Shown in pieces: positions 1-10,738 of a stretch of 64,000 bases of DNA. Origin of the DNA: Lama guanicoe (taxonomy: Eukaryota); the NCBI GenBank assembly GCA_013239625.1, contig MU057352.1, positions 30,511,277 to 30,575,276 of the forward strand, in the 5' to 3' direction. A program made the position numbers and the translations under genes. Position 1 is the stretch's first letter. Each line of letters opens with the position of its first letter. Under the pieces are notes generated by a model, which saw only the letters and a list, made by a program, of their open reading frames with translations, was not told the origin of the DNA and searched no databases.

Positions 1-215
1 CAGGACTCTCTCTCTCCGCCCCCAGGAAAAGCATATGTCCTCTTTTAAGGTCTTCCAACTGATTAAGTCAGGCCCACTCAAGACAATGCCCCCAACTTAA
101 AGTCAGCTAACTATGGACTAGAACCACATTTGCAAAATTCACTTACAGCAGCATCTAAATTAATGTTTTATTGAGTAACTGGTGACTTGCTCAGCCGAGC
201 CAAGCTGACAAGTCA
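1..215 (-). mobile_element. MLT2-family (ERVL) LTR fragment
   Basis: Resembles the reverse complement of the MLT2 5' part (ccaactgattaagtcaggcccac...cagcagcatctaaattaatgttt...gccaagctgaca). Confidence 0.7.
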
Positions 216-489
216 GGAAGCTCTCCTCAACATCATGGATGTTAGTGACCAAACTCCCAGGGCAGTGGGGAGGAAGAGTCCGGGACAGAAGAAATAGGCA
301 CGGGTGAGACAGCGCTTGAAGCCCATGGCGAAGTTTTCCAATTTTATTTTTAATGAAAGAATAGATTCAAGAGATGCCAAGGTTCCAAATGGATTCTGGG
401 CTATAAGTACCTATATTGCTGGATCAGTTTGCTGCCATTTGTTAAGGATTTGGTACCTATTTTCATGAGAGGCAGTGGCCTCTAGTATT

Positions 490-1047
490 GTTTTGTTACT
501 GGACACTTGAAGAAGAAATGATGTGTTAACGAAGGTGAGGTCCTCTTCGGTTATCTTCCAAACAATTCTCCTCAGGAATTGGTGATAATTAGTATTCTGG
601 CTGTTTTTCTAAGGTTGAATTCCTTAGAGGTGAAACAGTTCAACCCTGCAGTTCCAGGAGCAGAAATAATGTACGTCGTGAACACAAGGAATAGCCAGAC
701 CTCTGCCTGAGGGTCTCCCGTCAGAAACCTGAGACAGGCCGGTCAAGAGAACAGAGCAAATCCTGATCGCTCTGCCTCCAGAGGGAAACGAAACACCGGG
801 AAACCGGAAACACAGGAGCTTCAGGGTCAGGCAAGGGCAGCTAACCATCCTGTTCCCGGAGGGGAGGAGCCTCCAAGATCAGGACAGAGCGGAGCGGCTC
901 TTACCTGCGACCGAGTCCCGGGGAGCAGTGGGGAGGCACGGCCGGTGCCCCGAGTCTGTGCCCTGTTTCATCTTCCCACTCTGGGGGGGTCTTGTTCCTT
1001 ATTTCCTTTTCCTTGTTCCTTATTATGTTCCTACCCTTATTATAACA
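490..1047 (-). mobile_element. ERV1-like LTR start plus 5' leader fragment
   Basis: Minus strand starts TGTTATAATAAGG (LTR-like terminus at 1047). A CpG-rich leader-like segment carries a consensus donor GCAG|GTAAGA (plus gctcttacctgc, ~897-908). Confidence 0.45.
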
Positions 1048-1049
1048 TG

Positions 1050-1435
1050 TTACTCCAAATGGAGTGGCTTAAAGTAAGACGTGGCTTAAAGTAATGCAAA
1101 GTTATTCTCTCACAGTTCTGGAGTCAGAAGTCCTCAATGCACCTTCTTACTGGGGGCGCTGGGGGAGGATCTGGTTCCTTAACTTTCCCCGCTTCTAGAC
1201 GCTGCCTGCGTTCCTTGGCTCAGGGCCGCATCTCTGACTTCTCTGACTCTGCTTCTCTGACTCTGACCCACCTTCAGAAACTTAAGGAGAAAATGCATAA
1301 GCCCATATCCTTGTCTTCTTCAGCTCCCAGAGGACTTCTGCATCCTTGGCTTGTAGCTCCTTCCTCCACCTGCAAAGCCAGGAGCCGCATAGCATCTTCC
1401 CATCTCTCCCTGTCCTTCTCCTCCCCGCCACCCCA
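1050..1435 (-). mobile_element. MLT1 (ERVL-MaLR) LTR
   Basis: gtggcttaaa...ttattctctcacagttctggagtcagaagtcc and cccgcttctagacgctgcctgcgttccttggctc are typical MLT1 reverse-strand motifs. Confidence 0.75.
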
Positions 1436-1563
1436 NNNNNNNNNNNNNNNNNNNNNNNNNNNNNNNNNNNNNNNNNNNNNNNNNNNNNNNNNNNNNNNNN
1501 NNNNNNNNNNNNNNNNNNNNNNNNNNNNNNNNNNNNNNNNNNNNNNNNNNNNNNNNNNNNNNN
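1436..1563. other. Assembly gap (128 N)
   Basis: Run of N in the sequence. Confidence 1.
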
Positions 1564-1824
1564 AGGCACTAGTTGCAGGGATCGGAACAGGGACCCCTTG
1601 GTGGGTGGGGGGCTCATTATTCTGTCTGTCATGCCCCCCAAAGACCCTCTGTCCTGACAGAAGAGGACTTGTTTACTCCTTGGTTTCTTAATACACCTGA
1701 GACCGGCTGGGATATTTCAGAAGACTTGACGTGAACCAAGTGAAGAGAAAGGGAAGCATCATGGTGCAGTCAGAGAGGAACGAAGCAGCTCAATGTGTGT
1801 GCTCTGCCCCGAGCCCCTGAGCTC

Positions 1825-2020
1825 TTGTTTGTTTGTTTTTATTGAAGTAGAGTCAGTTACAGTGTGGTGTCCGTTTCTGGTGTGCAGCGTCGTGTCTCAG
1901 TCACACAGGTACACACAAGCATTCCCTTCCATGTTCTTTTCCATTATAGGTCTCTGCAAGATCCTGAACATAGTTCCCTGTGCTGCGCAGTAGAAATTCG
2001 CTTTCTGTCTCTTTTATCCA
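1825..2020 (-). mobile_element. L1 3' end fragment (camelid/artiodactyl type)
   Basis: tttttattgaagtagagtcagttacagtgtg...ttccattatagg...atagttccctgtgctg matches an antisense L1 3' UTR with its poly(A) remnant. Confidence 0.75.
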
Positions 2021-2945
2021 CCTGAGGTTTGTGGTTTGTGGGCGAAGCTTCATGGGACACCTGGTCTAGGATTCCACGTGGACAGTCTTCTCTTTTTTTT
2101 TTTCACATTTAGGTAGCCCCTTTCTTCTTCCCTTGTATCCTCTCTCCCCCAAGTCACCCTGTTACTGTCACCCCACCCGCACTGCCCCCTAAGCGGGTGG
2201 TCTCGGCTGTGGATCTGGCCATCAGTTTGTGGAAGTGCGAGGTGTGTGCGTGCGTGTGCGCGTGGGTGCGAGTGGGGGGAACCGTCCTTGTGTGCACAGT
2301 GGAGTGGCACAGACCTCCGCAAGTGTCTCCACCTCATCAAAGACTTTTTCCCTCCGTCAGGGCAAAGGAGTCTTCACCTGCCCTCCCGCGCAACAACCAG
2401 CTCTCCCTCAGCTTCCTTTCATCTATTCTTACCTTCTTGATTCTTAGTGAGAGCGCTCCGGGGAGCAGGCTCTGGACGCTTTTATGCACACTCCCTTCAA
2501 GACTCCACCCATAGGTGTTCTTGACCCATAAAGTGGTATTCAGGACTATCTGCACACTAAAGTGCTCACGCTTCTCCTGAGTTTCAGAGTGGTGTGCCCC
2601 CGACTCCTCCGCACATCTAACTGCATGGTTGAAAGGCACTTGAAAGTTACCAAGTCAAAAACCCAAGTCTGGATCTTTCCCTCAAGAAATCTGTCCCTTT
2701 CCTAGTCTTATCCATCCCAACAAACAGCAGAACCCCTGGAGCCATCCTCAGCTTCGTTCTCACACCTCTTCCAGCTCACCAGCAAACCCAGGTGACTGCA
2801 CCTGCAGACTCATCCAAAACCAACACCTCCCCAGCCACCGCCCTGTCCAGACCACCAGGTTTTTGTGGTCAGATGCTAACATCTCGCTGCTTCTACACTT
2901 GCTTCAAGAGTCTGTGCTCAACATGGCAGATAAAGTGACCCTCTG

Positions 2946-3345
2946 CCTTAGCTCAGGTCCCCTCTAAGCAGATCCTGCAGTGGGGCTTTGGATGCACACA
3001 ATTTCGTGAGGGAGTTCTCGCAGGGGAGGGAGGAATCTAAGGGAATGAGGGAAGCAGAATTAAAAAGAAGAAAGAGCAGAACCAGGATGGGGTCTCAGCA
3101 GAGTCTGGCCTTGGCTTGATCCACAGGGTGAAGGAATTAGAAGGATAAACCTTGAGGCAAGAGGCTCGGCTTCCGTGACCACCACCCCCTACCCCATCAC
3201 TTGCTGTGGACTGAGGGTTATTCTGGTCAACAGTGAGCAACTTCCAGAGAAAGTGCAGCTGAAAGCCAGCGGCCAGCAGCACTCACAGAGCCAGGGGTGG
3301 GCACCCTGGCCTGGTGAAGGGCACCTGCATGGGTCATCGCCAGCT
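2946..3345 (-). mobile_element. LTR16-like ERVL LTR
   Basis: gctcaggtcccctctaagcagatcctg...ggatgcacacaattt matches the reverse LTR16/LTR33-type 3' end. Confidence 0.55.
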
Positions 3346-3396
3346 TCTGAAACAGTGGTTCTCAGACTTAAGTGACTCGTCTGGACGGAGGGGAAA

Positions 3397-3566
3397 CAGG
3401 TTTAGCAGATAAAAATACAGTTCACCTAGTTAAATTTGATTTTCCAATAAACAGGTATTTTTTTTTTCATATGAGTATGCAACATTGCATGGGACACGAC
3501 TAGCCTGAAAAAAGCACTCCTTGCCTATCAGACTTACTCAAATTTAACTGGGTGTTCTGTATTTGC
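3397..3566. mobile_element. MER53 palindromic hAT MITE nested in MER5A (~3351-3725)
   Basis: Inverted arms aaatacag...agttaaatttga (3413-3439) and tcaaatttaactgggtgttctgtattt (3538-3564). The flanks read as MER5A (cagtggttctcag...ctgattc...ggtctgg...). Confidence 0.75.
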
Positions 3567-5109
3567 TCTCCTCCCTGGAGGCTTGGTGAAACACAGTTGG
3601 CTGTTTTTCCTGATTCATTAGGTCTGGAGTGGTGTCTGTGAAATTGAAACTCTGAAGTTTATCCCAGTAAACTCCCGAGCTCAGCTGATTCTGCTGATCC
3701 AGGCACTCATGTTGAAAACGACTTTAAGAATATAAGTGAGATTGTTGCTCAAAACCTTCTAGGGTTTTCCAAGTCCCCTAAAGGAAAAGCCAAAGTCCTG
3801 ACAGAGGCTTTCAAGGGCCCCAGTGCCCTTCCTTGCCCTGTTCCCGGATCCCCTGCCCATTGTTGAAAAAGGCTACAAGGCTCTTTCTGGAACAAACCAG
3901 GCACAGTCCAACCCGAAGGCCTTTGGACGAATAGTTCCTTGGATCCGACGTGTCCGCTAAATCAGGACAGGACTCAGTCCTCTATCAACTTCAGCCTTCG
4001 CTTCGTTCTGCCTTTCCAACTGACTTTGAATTGCACCCGCTCTCCACCCACCACCGACCTACTGGGCGTGTTGATTTCTGAGCACGGTCTCCCCTGACAA
4101 GCAAGAAGTGGGTTATTGTATATTATCTGCCCACTCCCGCTAAGACTCGAGGCCCAGGAACACAAGTTTGTGTTTACCGTATTCACTGCAATTCACAGCA
4201 GCGATGTTGTTCCCTGGGAGGTAAGAGGAGCTCGACAGATGTGTGGAAGAGGTGTTGAAAGAATGGAGCCGCCCTAACCTGGCTCTGCCAGGCCGCTGCT
4301 TGTCTCTGCTGTGGGCGCAGGTGTTCAGTCACCCGTTAAGAACCATTTGCAGAAAACGTCTCCTTTGCAAGTGGGTAAAACCAAGTCACCCAGTGTGTGT
4401 GTGCTGGGGGAGGGGGAGGGCTTTAGAAATGCTATTGCAAAATGACTGAGAGCAGCGTGACCATCCAGCACTGCCCGTTCTTTGTGGTCACTGGGATCAA
4501 TAATCGGGCAGTAGAGGCACGGGGAAGGCATGTCCCTTGTCCCACAACCCTACAGCCAGAGAGTGTCTCAACAGAGGTGCGGCTTAGGGCCCATTCTGAT
4601 AAACACGCAAGCATTAATTAGCTATCAAGCACCGAGCAGTCATATACTGTATTTTATAAGTTCAGAGTTCCCTATACTCTGTCCCCAAGCATCCCAAAAG
4701 CAGGGTGAAATTTTCATTCTGGGGAAAATGCAGTGACATCCACAAGACAGAATCCTCCAACCTTTCACCTCTCCGGGGATCTGAGACATCCGTGGAGGCA
4801 AAGGCGCTGAGGAGGAGGAACCCAGCCCCACAAGCTGCTCTGGATACAGGGTTCAAGGGAAGGTTTTGGGCTGGGGGCCGCTTGCTGCCTAGACCCTGTT
4901 CACCCAAGGGTGGTGGCAGCCATGCAGTCTTCAAGGCAGCCACCCGGCTTGGCCCTTGTTCACTGTACCAAAGAGAAATTCCTTCTAAGTTCCCTTAGAA
5001 GCAGAGGAAGGGTTTTAAAGTGCTTGAGAGTCTCCTTTAGATACACAGAATCTCATTTAAGTTACTTCAAAATGAACTGAAGTTCCCTGGGATATAGACA
5101 AAAGGAATT

Positions 5110-5150
5110 CAAGCACTTTTTACTGTTTATACCAAAATATTTTTATTTAA
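5110..5150 (-). terminator. Candidate cleavage/polyadenylation site of a minus-strand transcript
   Basis: AATAAA on the minus strand (plus tttatt 5142-5147) with U/UGUA-rich upstream sequence and a U/GU-rich downstream element (gtgcttgaattccttttgtct). Confidence 0.55.
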
Positions 5151-5584
5151 ACTACACACAGACAATATAATAAGCATCTTTATATATATGTGCATATAAA
5201 GCTTAAAATGTGTTAACTAAAATCATCCACACGTGTTTCTATTAAAGTAAAACTTCACAAATGAAACAGTTTCAAGATACTTTGCTTTAACATCAAAGCT
5301 GGCAATGCAACAAAAAGAGTTTAATTCGTTGAGCTTACTGGGCCTGAGGACAAATAAAATGAAACACACAAACCTACAACCGCTGCAGAGTTAAAATTTC
5401 AAATTCCTAACTCTGACCGTTTACTTTCTTCTAGGATTTTCACCTTTGGAACGCCCTACCATCTTTCATGTGGACCAAAACCTAATGCTAAATCCCTGAC
5501 ATTGAACTCTTTAAATAGGTGATAATAAACCGCTAAAAAAAAAAAAGCTCCCTGGACACAACTGGTGAGTTTGTTCATAACCAA

Positions 5585-5767
5585 TAAACAAGATGATACT
5601 GTACAGCACAGGGAAATATATACCGGATCTTACGGTAGCTCACAGAGAAAAAAATGTGACAATGAATATATATATGTTCATGTATAACTGAAAAATTGTG
5701 CTCTACACTGGAATTTGACACAACATTGTAAAATGATTATAAATCAATAAAAAATGTTTAAAAAAAT
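5585..5767 (+). mobile_element. Young 5'-truncated camelid-type L1 3' end
   Basis: tactgtacagcacagggaaatatatac...gacacaacattgtaaaatgattataaatcaataaaaaatgtttaaaaaaa, with poly(A) signal and A-tail. Confidence 0.8.
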
Positions 5768-5949
5768 GAAATACACATATAACAAATCTCATGAAAGTCT
5801 TAGCCTTTCTACCAAAAATTTAAACAATTTGAATTGAGAGCAATACACAGTGCTTCCCGACTTTGAAAAGGCAGAGATGAGAGATGTCTAAGGTGGTCTG
5901 TAAATCTCAGTGGTTTAGAAAAACACAAAGGCATTGCTTGTTCCCTGAC

Positions 5950-6850
5950 AGCCTCCAGTCCAACCCCTGCCAACTGTGGGGGGCCAGTCCGGGCGCCCCA
6001 GTACTGCAGAGTTTTGCTGCGAACCCCGGGGGAAGCCGCCGCACTTACTCTGCTTGGTGACCCGCCTCTGACTCGCCCAGGACGGAGGCGTCTCCTGGGA
6101 CACGGAACTCGCAGCGCTAAAGCTGAGCCGGTCTCAGGCAGACAGGGACAAACTGTTCACCCCGCCTCTATCCTTGGCTCCTCTCCAGGAAGGACCCCTC
6201 CCGCACGGCTGCCCCCACGGCCGGGAGGATCTCCCAAGGGTGGTTTTCTTGCTCAGAGTAAGCTGCTAAGCCTCGGATGACTGTTTCCAAGCCTCGCCCC
6301 TCCACCTGCTTGGAGTCTTCACGCCCCGAAAGGCCCAGCTGCCCCTCCTCAGCCCAGCAAACCCAGCAGAATGCTGACGGGGGCGGGCAGGTGAGGGGCT
6401 GCAGGGGCAGGTGCCCGGAGCTCCAGTTACCCGGGGGGCGGGGAGAAAGAAGGAATATAAGGCGGCGGCAGGCGGGGCCCTGGCTGGTGGGAGCTGCCTG
6501 GGGCTCGAGCTGCTGCCTGCTGGGTGGGCTGGGGGGTTGCTGCGCGTTTGTTTTCAAGCTTACAAGTTCGCTTCTTTTTCTCCTGAAGATGCTCCTGCCT
6601 CCCTCTCTTTCTCTCTTCCTCTTTCTTTCTCCGGCTAAAGCTTTAAAATAGGCTGCAGCCAACAAAAGCCCGTCTTGCCGCGTCTGTGCCGGCGCCCTCT
6701 GAAGCCTCCTCTTTGCACAAAGAGCCTCCTTTGTTTCTATGCCTCTCTTTCTTTCTCCGAAGAAAATTAGGGAAAGCACGTCCTTGGTTCAGGGCGCTAA
6801 GGAGAAGCTTGGTTAGTTTATCCAGAAGAACCGGACAAAAAGGGGCTGGT
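5950..6850. promoter_or_regulatory. CpG-enriched promoter/enhancer-like region
   Basis: GC box GGGGCGGGG (6435-6443), TATAAG (6456-6461), CTCF-like gcgccctctgaagc (6692-6705) and inverted SOX/TCF half-sites ACAAAG (6717-6722) / CTTTGT (6729-6734). No recognisable TE. Confidence 0.45.
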
Positions 6851-9800
6851 TGGGCCCCTAATGATCCAGCCTCAGGGGGAAATCATAGGGGAGGGTTTCC
6901 AAAGCCCCTCCCCGTCCTGATATCACCCTGAAAGCCAGTGTTGGGGACGAGCCCCAGGCAGGGCCTCTGCAAAGCTTGGGCGTTGGAAGCTGGGAAGGTT
7001 CTTGCGGGGCTGGGGTTTGCAGAACAGCTACTCTGCTATCGTGTCTGTCTTCCACGAGAATCAGGCCAGTCCAGTCCTACCAGAACCATCAGGTCAGAGA
7101 GAAGGGAACACGGGGGCATTAAGTAGATGAACCTGTGGTCCTGAACTGAGTGGCAGGACTTCCTCCGTCTAGGCTGCTTGCCCCCCACCACTCCCTGAGC
7201 TGTGCCGCCTCTTTCACTGGAGCTCTGGGTGCCAGGCTGTTAGCAAGTTGTGAGCTGCAGGACTTAAAGGGATATTTAAACCTACATGAATACCTAAGAC
7301 TCGGCATGTCAGTGAACTAAACTTAATTGAACCCAAATAATCTTTTTCTTAGCCTGTCAAGGGTTCAACACCCCTTGTCAACTTCAACACTCCTCTGGTC
7401 AGCACTGTCCCCATGAGGAAGGGACGCTGATCCCATTTCCAGCGCTCGGTGGTAATAGGTTTCCACACTTGCCTTATTCTCCCCTAAGGACACATTACCC
7501 CTCTCCTAGGGAGGGAATGTCTGTTAGTTGGGTCTCAAGGCAACGTAACGAGATACAGGTGGAGAAGACTTAGGGCCAGCTCTACTCAGTTAACTGGCTC
7601 TCAATCCTTGATGCTGGGAACCATGTGAACTTAGCTGCAGCCTGACTCCCATCCCTGTAAACCTAGGCTTTCTTGGCTGCTTTGAGACTGGTGTCCTAGT
7701 AAGACAAGGGAGTAGGTGATTCTGAGGCTTCTACAGACCCTGCTTCCACGTGAGGGGCGCTTAAAGTTAGGGAACACCAGCTAAATCACCTCTGGGGTTC
7801 AGGAGTGGATATTCAGCTGGAAGTGAGATTCCAACTGGATTGCTTGGGGCAGCCTCCGAACGCTGCCACAAATGGCCGACAGGTGCAACTTAAATGCAGG
7901 TGGTGTCAGTGCTCCTCGCGGGGAACTTGGAAATGCACAGGACTTGGCCTCTAAGCACGCACCCTGGAGAGCAAGCTAACAATGTAGGCTCTCACCTACC
8001 TTTTGCTGTCCTGCTATAACACTGGTACATGTTTAAGTCCCCTTATGGTGCAGAAAACACCACAGTCCAACTCATGTTTAATGAGAAGCCACTAAAAATC
8101 CTCCTGTACTGACCACAAGCTTGGCTTGTGTCTAGCTTCTCCTCTCACTGCTGAGATAAGTCACCTTGAGGGCTTTGCTGGTCAAATGGTCGTTCCCAAA
8201 CAGTAGTACAGGGTCTGTGCTGGTGGGTGACAGGTTCTCATTTTCAGTGAAGTAGCAGTGTGAAGACTGCCACAGAGCTGAGCCTTGAATTGCCACAGTC
8301 AATGTATGTGACACGTAAAATGTTCAGAGGCTGCTCACTGGACAGTGTGCAGCTGGGAGGGTGATGTCCCTGTGACCTGACGCTGTCCCATGATTGTTCT
8401 CAGGCCACTCAGACGTTGTCCTACAGGGCACTGGTGAGCCCTGGTGGCCCCTGTGGTGGACATCGGGAGCTCCAGGGGCCCGGAGTGCAGGCTCATTACT
8501 CTCCCGGAGACGTGGCAGCCCACACCCAGGCTAGAGGTCTGAGTGCACAGGCTCAGACGGAGACCCTTCCTCTCTGTTCCCCCACGAGCTTCTCATTTCT
8601 CCACCTCTATTGAGAGGTGGTAAGAGAAAGGTTAAAAAGATTAAGAAGCATCTTTTCAAACATAACAGCTGATGGGCGTTAGGTCTAAATGTCAGGCTGG
8701 TAACACTCAGAGCATCCCCTGAGGGCATCCTGGAGTCCTGGATGAAGCCCAGAGCGCACAGGTGACGTGGCTTTGGAGGTGGCTTGCACCAGCCTCTGCC
8801 CTGAACTGCGCTCACAGGTCTAAAGAACAGAGGTTGATTCTAAGACCAGAACCCATTCTGACGTCAGGCCCCAAGGAAGCGAAGGAGAGCTAGAGTGCGG
8901 TCCTGCAGTGAGGGCCCGACGGCCCCGAACTGGGGTCCAAGCGGGAGCTGAGCAGACCAGCCCGAACCGCTTGGTGCTGAAGCAGGGCCCTTGGACTTAG
9001 CACCATGCTTCCGAGTTTTCCTGGGCTTTGCTCACACTCAGCGGTTTCCGCCCTGCTCTTCCCTTACCCGTGTCTGGTCTTTTTTTTTTTTTTTGTGGAC
9101 TAAGATATTCATGGACTGCTTAGAGCTGTTTCTTCATAGTTTTCAGCTGGGGTCTAACCTGGTACTTAAAGGCTGCATTTATAAAAGGAGGAAAGCTTTG
9201 TATTGAATGCAAGTGGTTAAAAATTACCAAAGGTTACCCCCAGTATCAAGCGTGGCCCGTGCGCCAGGAGCAAGAAGCGTGAGGTACAAGGTGAACGGTG
9301 GGTCCGCAGGAAGGCCAGCTACTGCCGGCCTGGGGGGCTAGCCCTGCAAGCGGGGGGCCCGGGGAGGAGCCTCTGGATATGACCACCTTTGTTCTGATGC
9401 TTGTGCGGTCAGAGGTTGGCAACCGAGTTGGAAGTGTGGCGGAGGACACTGAATGTGGAGCTTTACAGGGTTTGTCCTTGCCAAACCTGCCCTCTGCCTA
9501 GCCATGTGGGTGGGGACGGTGTCGGTCTTGGTCCTTGTCTGGAGGTTGACTAGAGTCAGGGACACGTGTTACTGATAAGGAGCCAGGCTCTGCGTTCCAC
9601 ACGGAGACCCCCTTGGGAGGGGCTAAAGGGGGGGGCGTGCCTGTATTCCCGAAGTGAGCATTAGTGTTCCCCTAGCGTGGACTGGACAGGGCACTGGCTT
9701 GACGCTACAGCGATGCCCCAGACTGAATTTGGGGGTGAGTTGGCGGCTTGGTCAGCACACATCCCAGGTAGGCCACTGCCTGCTTTAAAGTAAACCAAAA

Positions 9801-10310
9801 ATAATGAAAACCCTGAATCCTGGGGTTTTTGGTTTTTTTTTTCCTGAGAGTGGATGTCAGCTTTTTCTTGGATGCAGGGTCACTAGACCTGAACGAGTAA
9901 CCTGTCTTCCAGCTGCAGCACAAAACTTGATGTGTCAAAGTGAAGGGAAAGTCTGGCAAAATCCAGCCACATGAAGCACTTGTACCAGCTGTGCTTCTGA
10001 AAGATGCATTCAGTCAAGACATACTCGGGGGGCAGAAGGTCCCCATGGGCACTTACTCTGGGTCACAGATGACATGGCATCCAGCAGAGTATCCTTGTGG
10101 CTGGTTTGGGGCAACGTGACTTCATGTCCCTCTGAAGCTCACTTTCAAGAGCAAAAACGAACACCTGCCCAGTAGATCCCCTGGCGCCATCACAGGACCG
10201 CTATGAAGATGGCTTTCCTGAGTGGCTTCCTACACAGAACTGCGACAGGCTGTGGGGAAGGGGGTGCTCTCAAAGAACAAAACCCTGCTGGACCTTCCAT
10301 CCTCAGATAC

Positions 10311-10374
10311 CTGACTTCCAGAGCTGTCATCTCTGTATGAGAGCCATGGAGATTAAAGTGCCCGGTTCTTAAGA
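10311..10374 (-). other. Candidate 64-nt internal exon
   Basis: Acceptor gtttggttttgcttgttatag with a CTGAC branch point (plus gtcag 10412-10416); donor CAG|gtatct. Confidence 0.4.
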
Positions 10375-10680
10375 CTATAACAAGCAAAACCAAACTCCCA
10401 ACGGCCAAACGGTCAGGAGGAACAAACAATCTCACGAGATGAGCAGGTTCTGACTCCTGAGCATTGTGGTGAAGGGGAGTCGGTCCCAATGTGAGGGACT
10501 TCCAGGGGAGGGCAACATACTAACATGGCCAAAAGTATAGTCAAGTTCCTGTATCACTGACAGTGATAAGTCCTAAAAGCAGGGGTCAGGGGTTGGGGGA
10601 AATGATTGCAAAAAGAACCCTTTTTCCTTTTGAAAAAGCAGACCTGCCCATTTTGACTGGCTCCATCTCCAGCACGGTGG

Positions 10681-10738
10681 GCGTGGGCAGAGCACGTGCA
10701 CGAGGTCCTTGGTCAGTCCCCAGTACCTCCATGTAAAG
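10681..10738 (+). mobile_element. Degraded Vic-1-type SINE fragment
   Basis: agcacgtgcacgaggtccttggtcagtccccagtacctccat matches the B-box region of the SINE at 55461. Confidence 0.6.

Larger units (their letters stand above)
2430..4260 (+). mobile_element. L2 LINE 3' region interrupted by LTR16-like, MER5A and MER53 insertions
   Basis: C-rich L2-like text at ~2430-2940 (ttctcctgagtttcag...cacttgaaagttacc...ggagccatcctc) resumes at ~3730-4260. Confidence 0.6.

Noticed and set aside
1137-1691. ORFs spanning poly-X
   Set aside because: Artefacts of the N gap, overlapping an MLT1 LTR.
6168-6779. 203-aa minus-strand ORF
   Set aside because: Starts at GTG, is low-complexity R/K/P-rich from purine and GC tracts, and has no recognisable domain.
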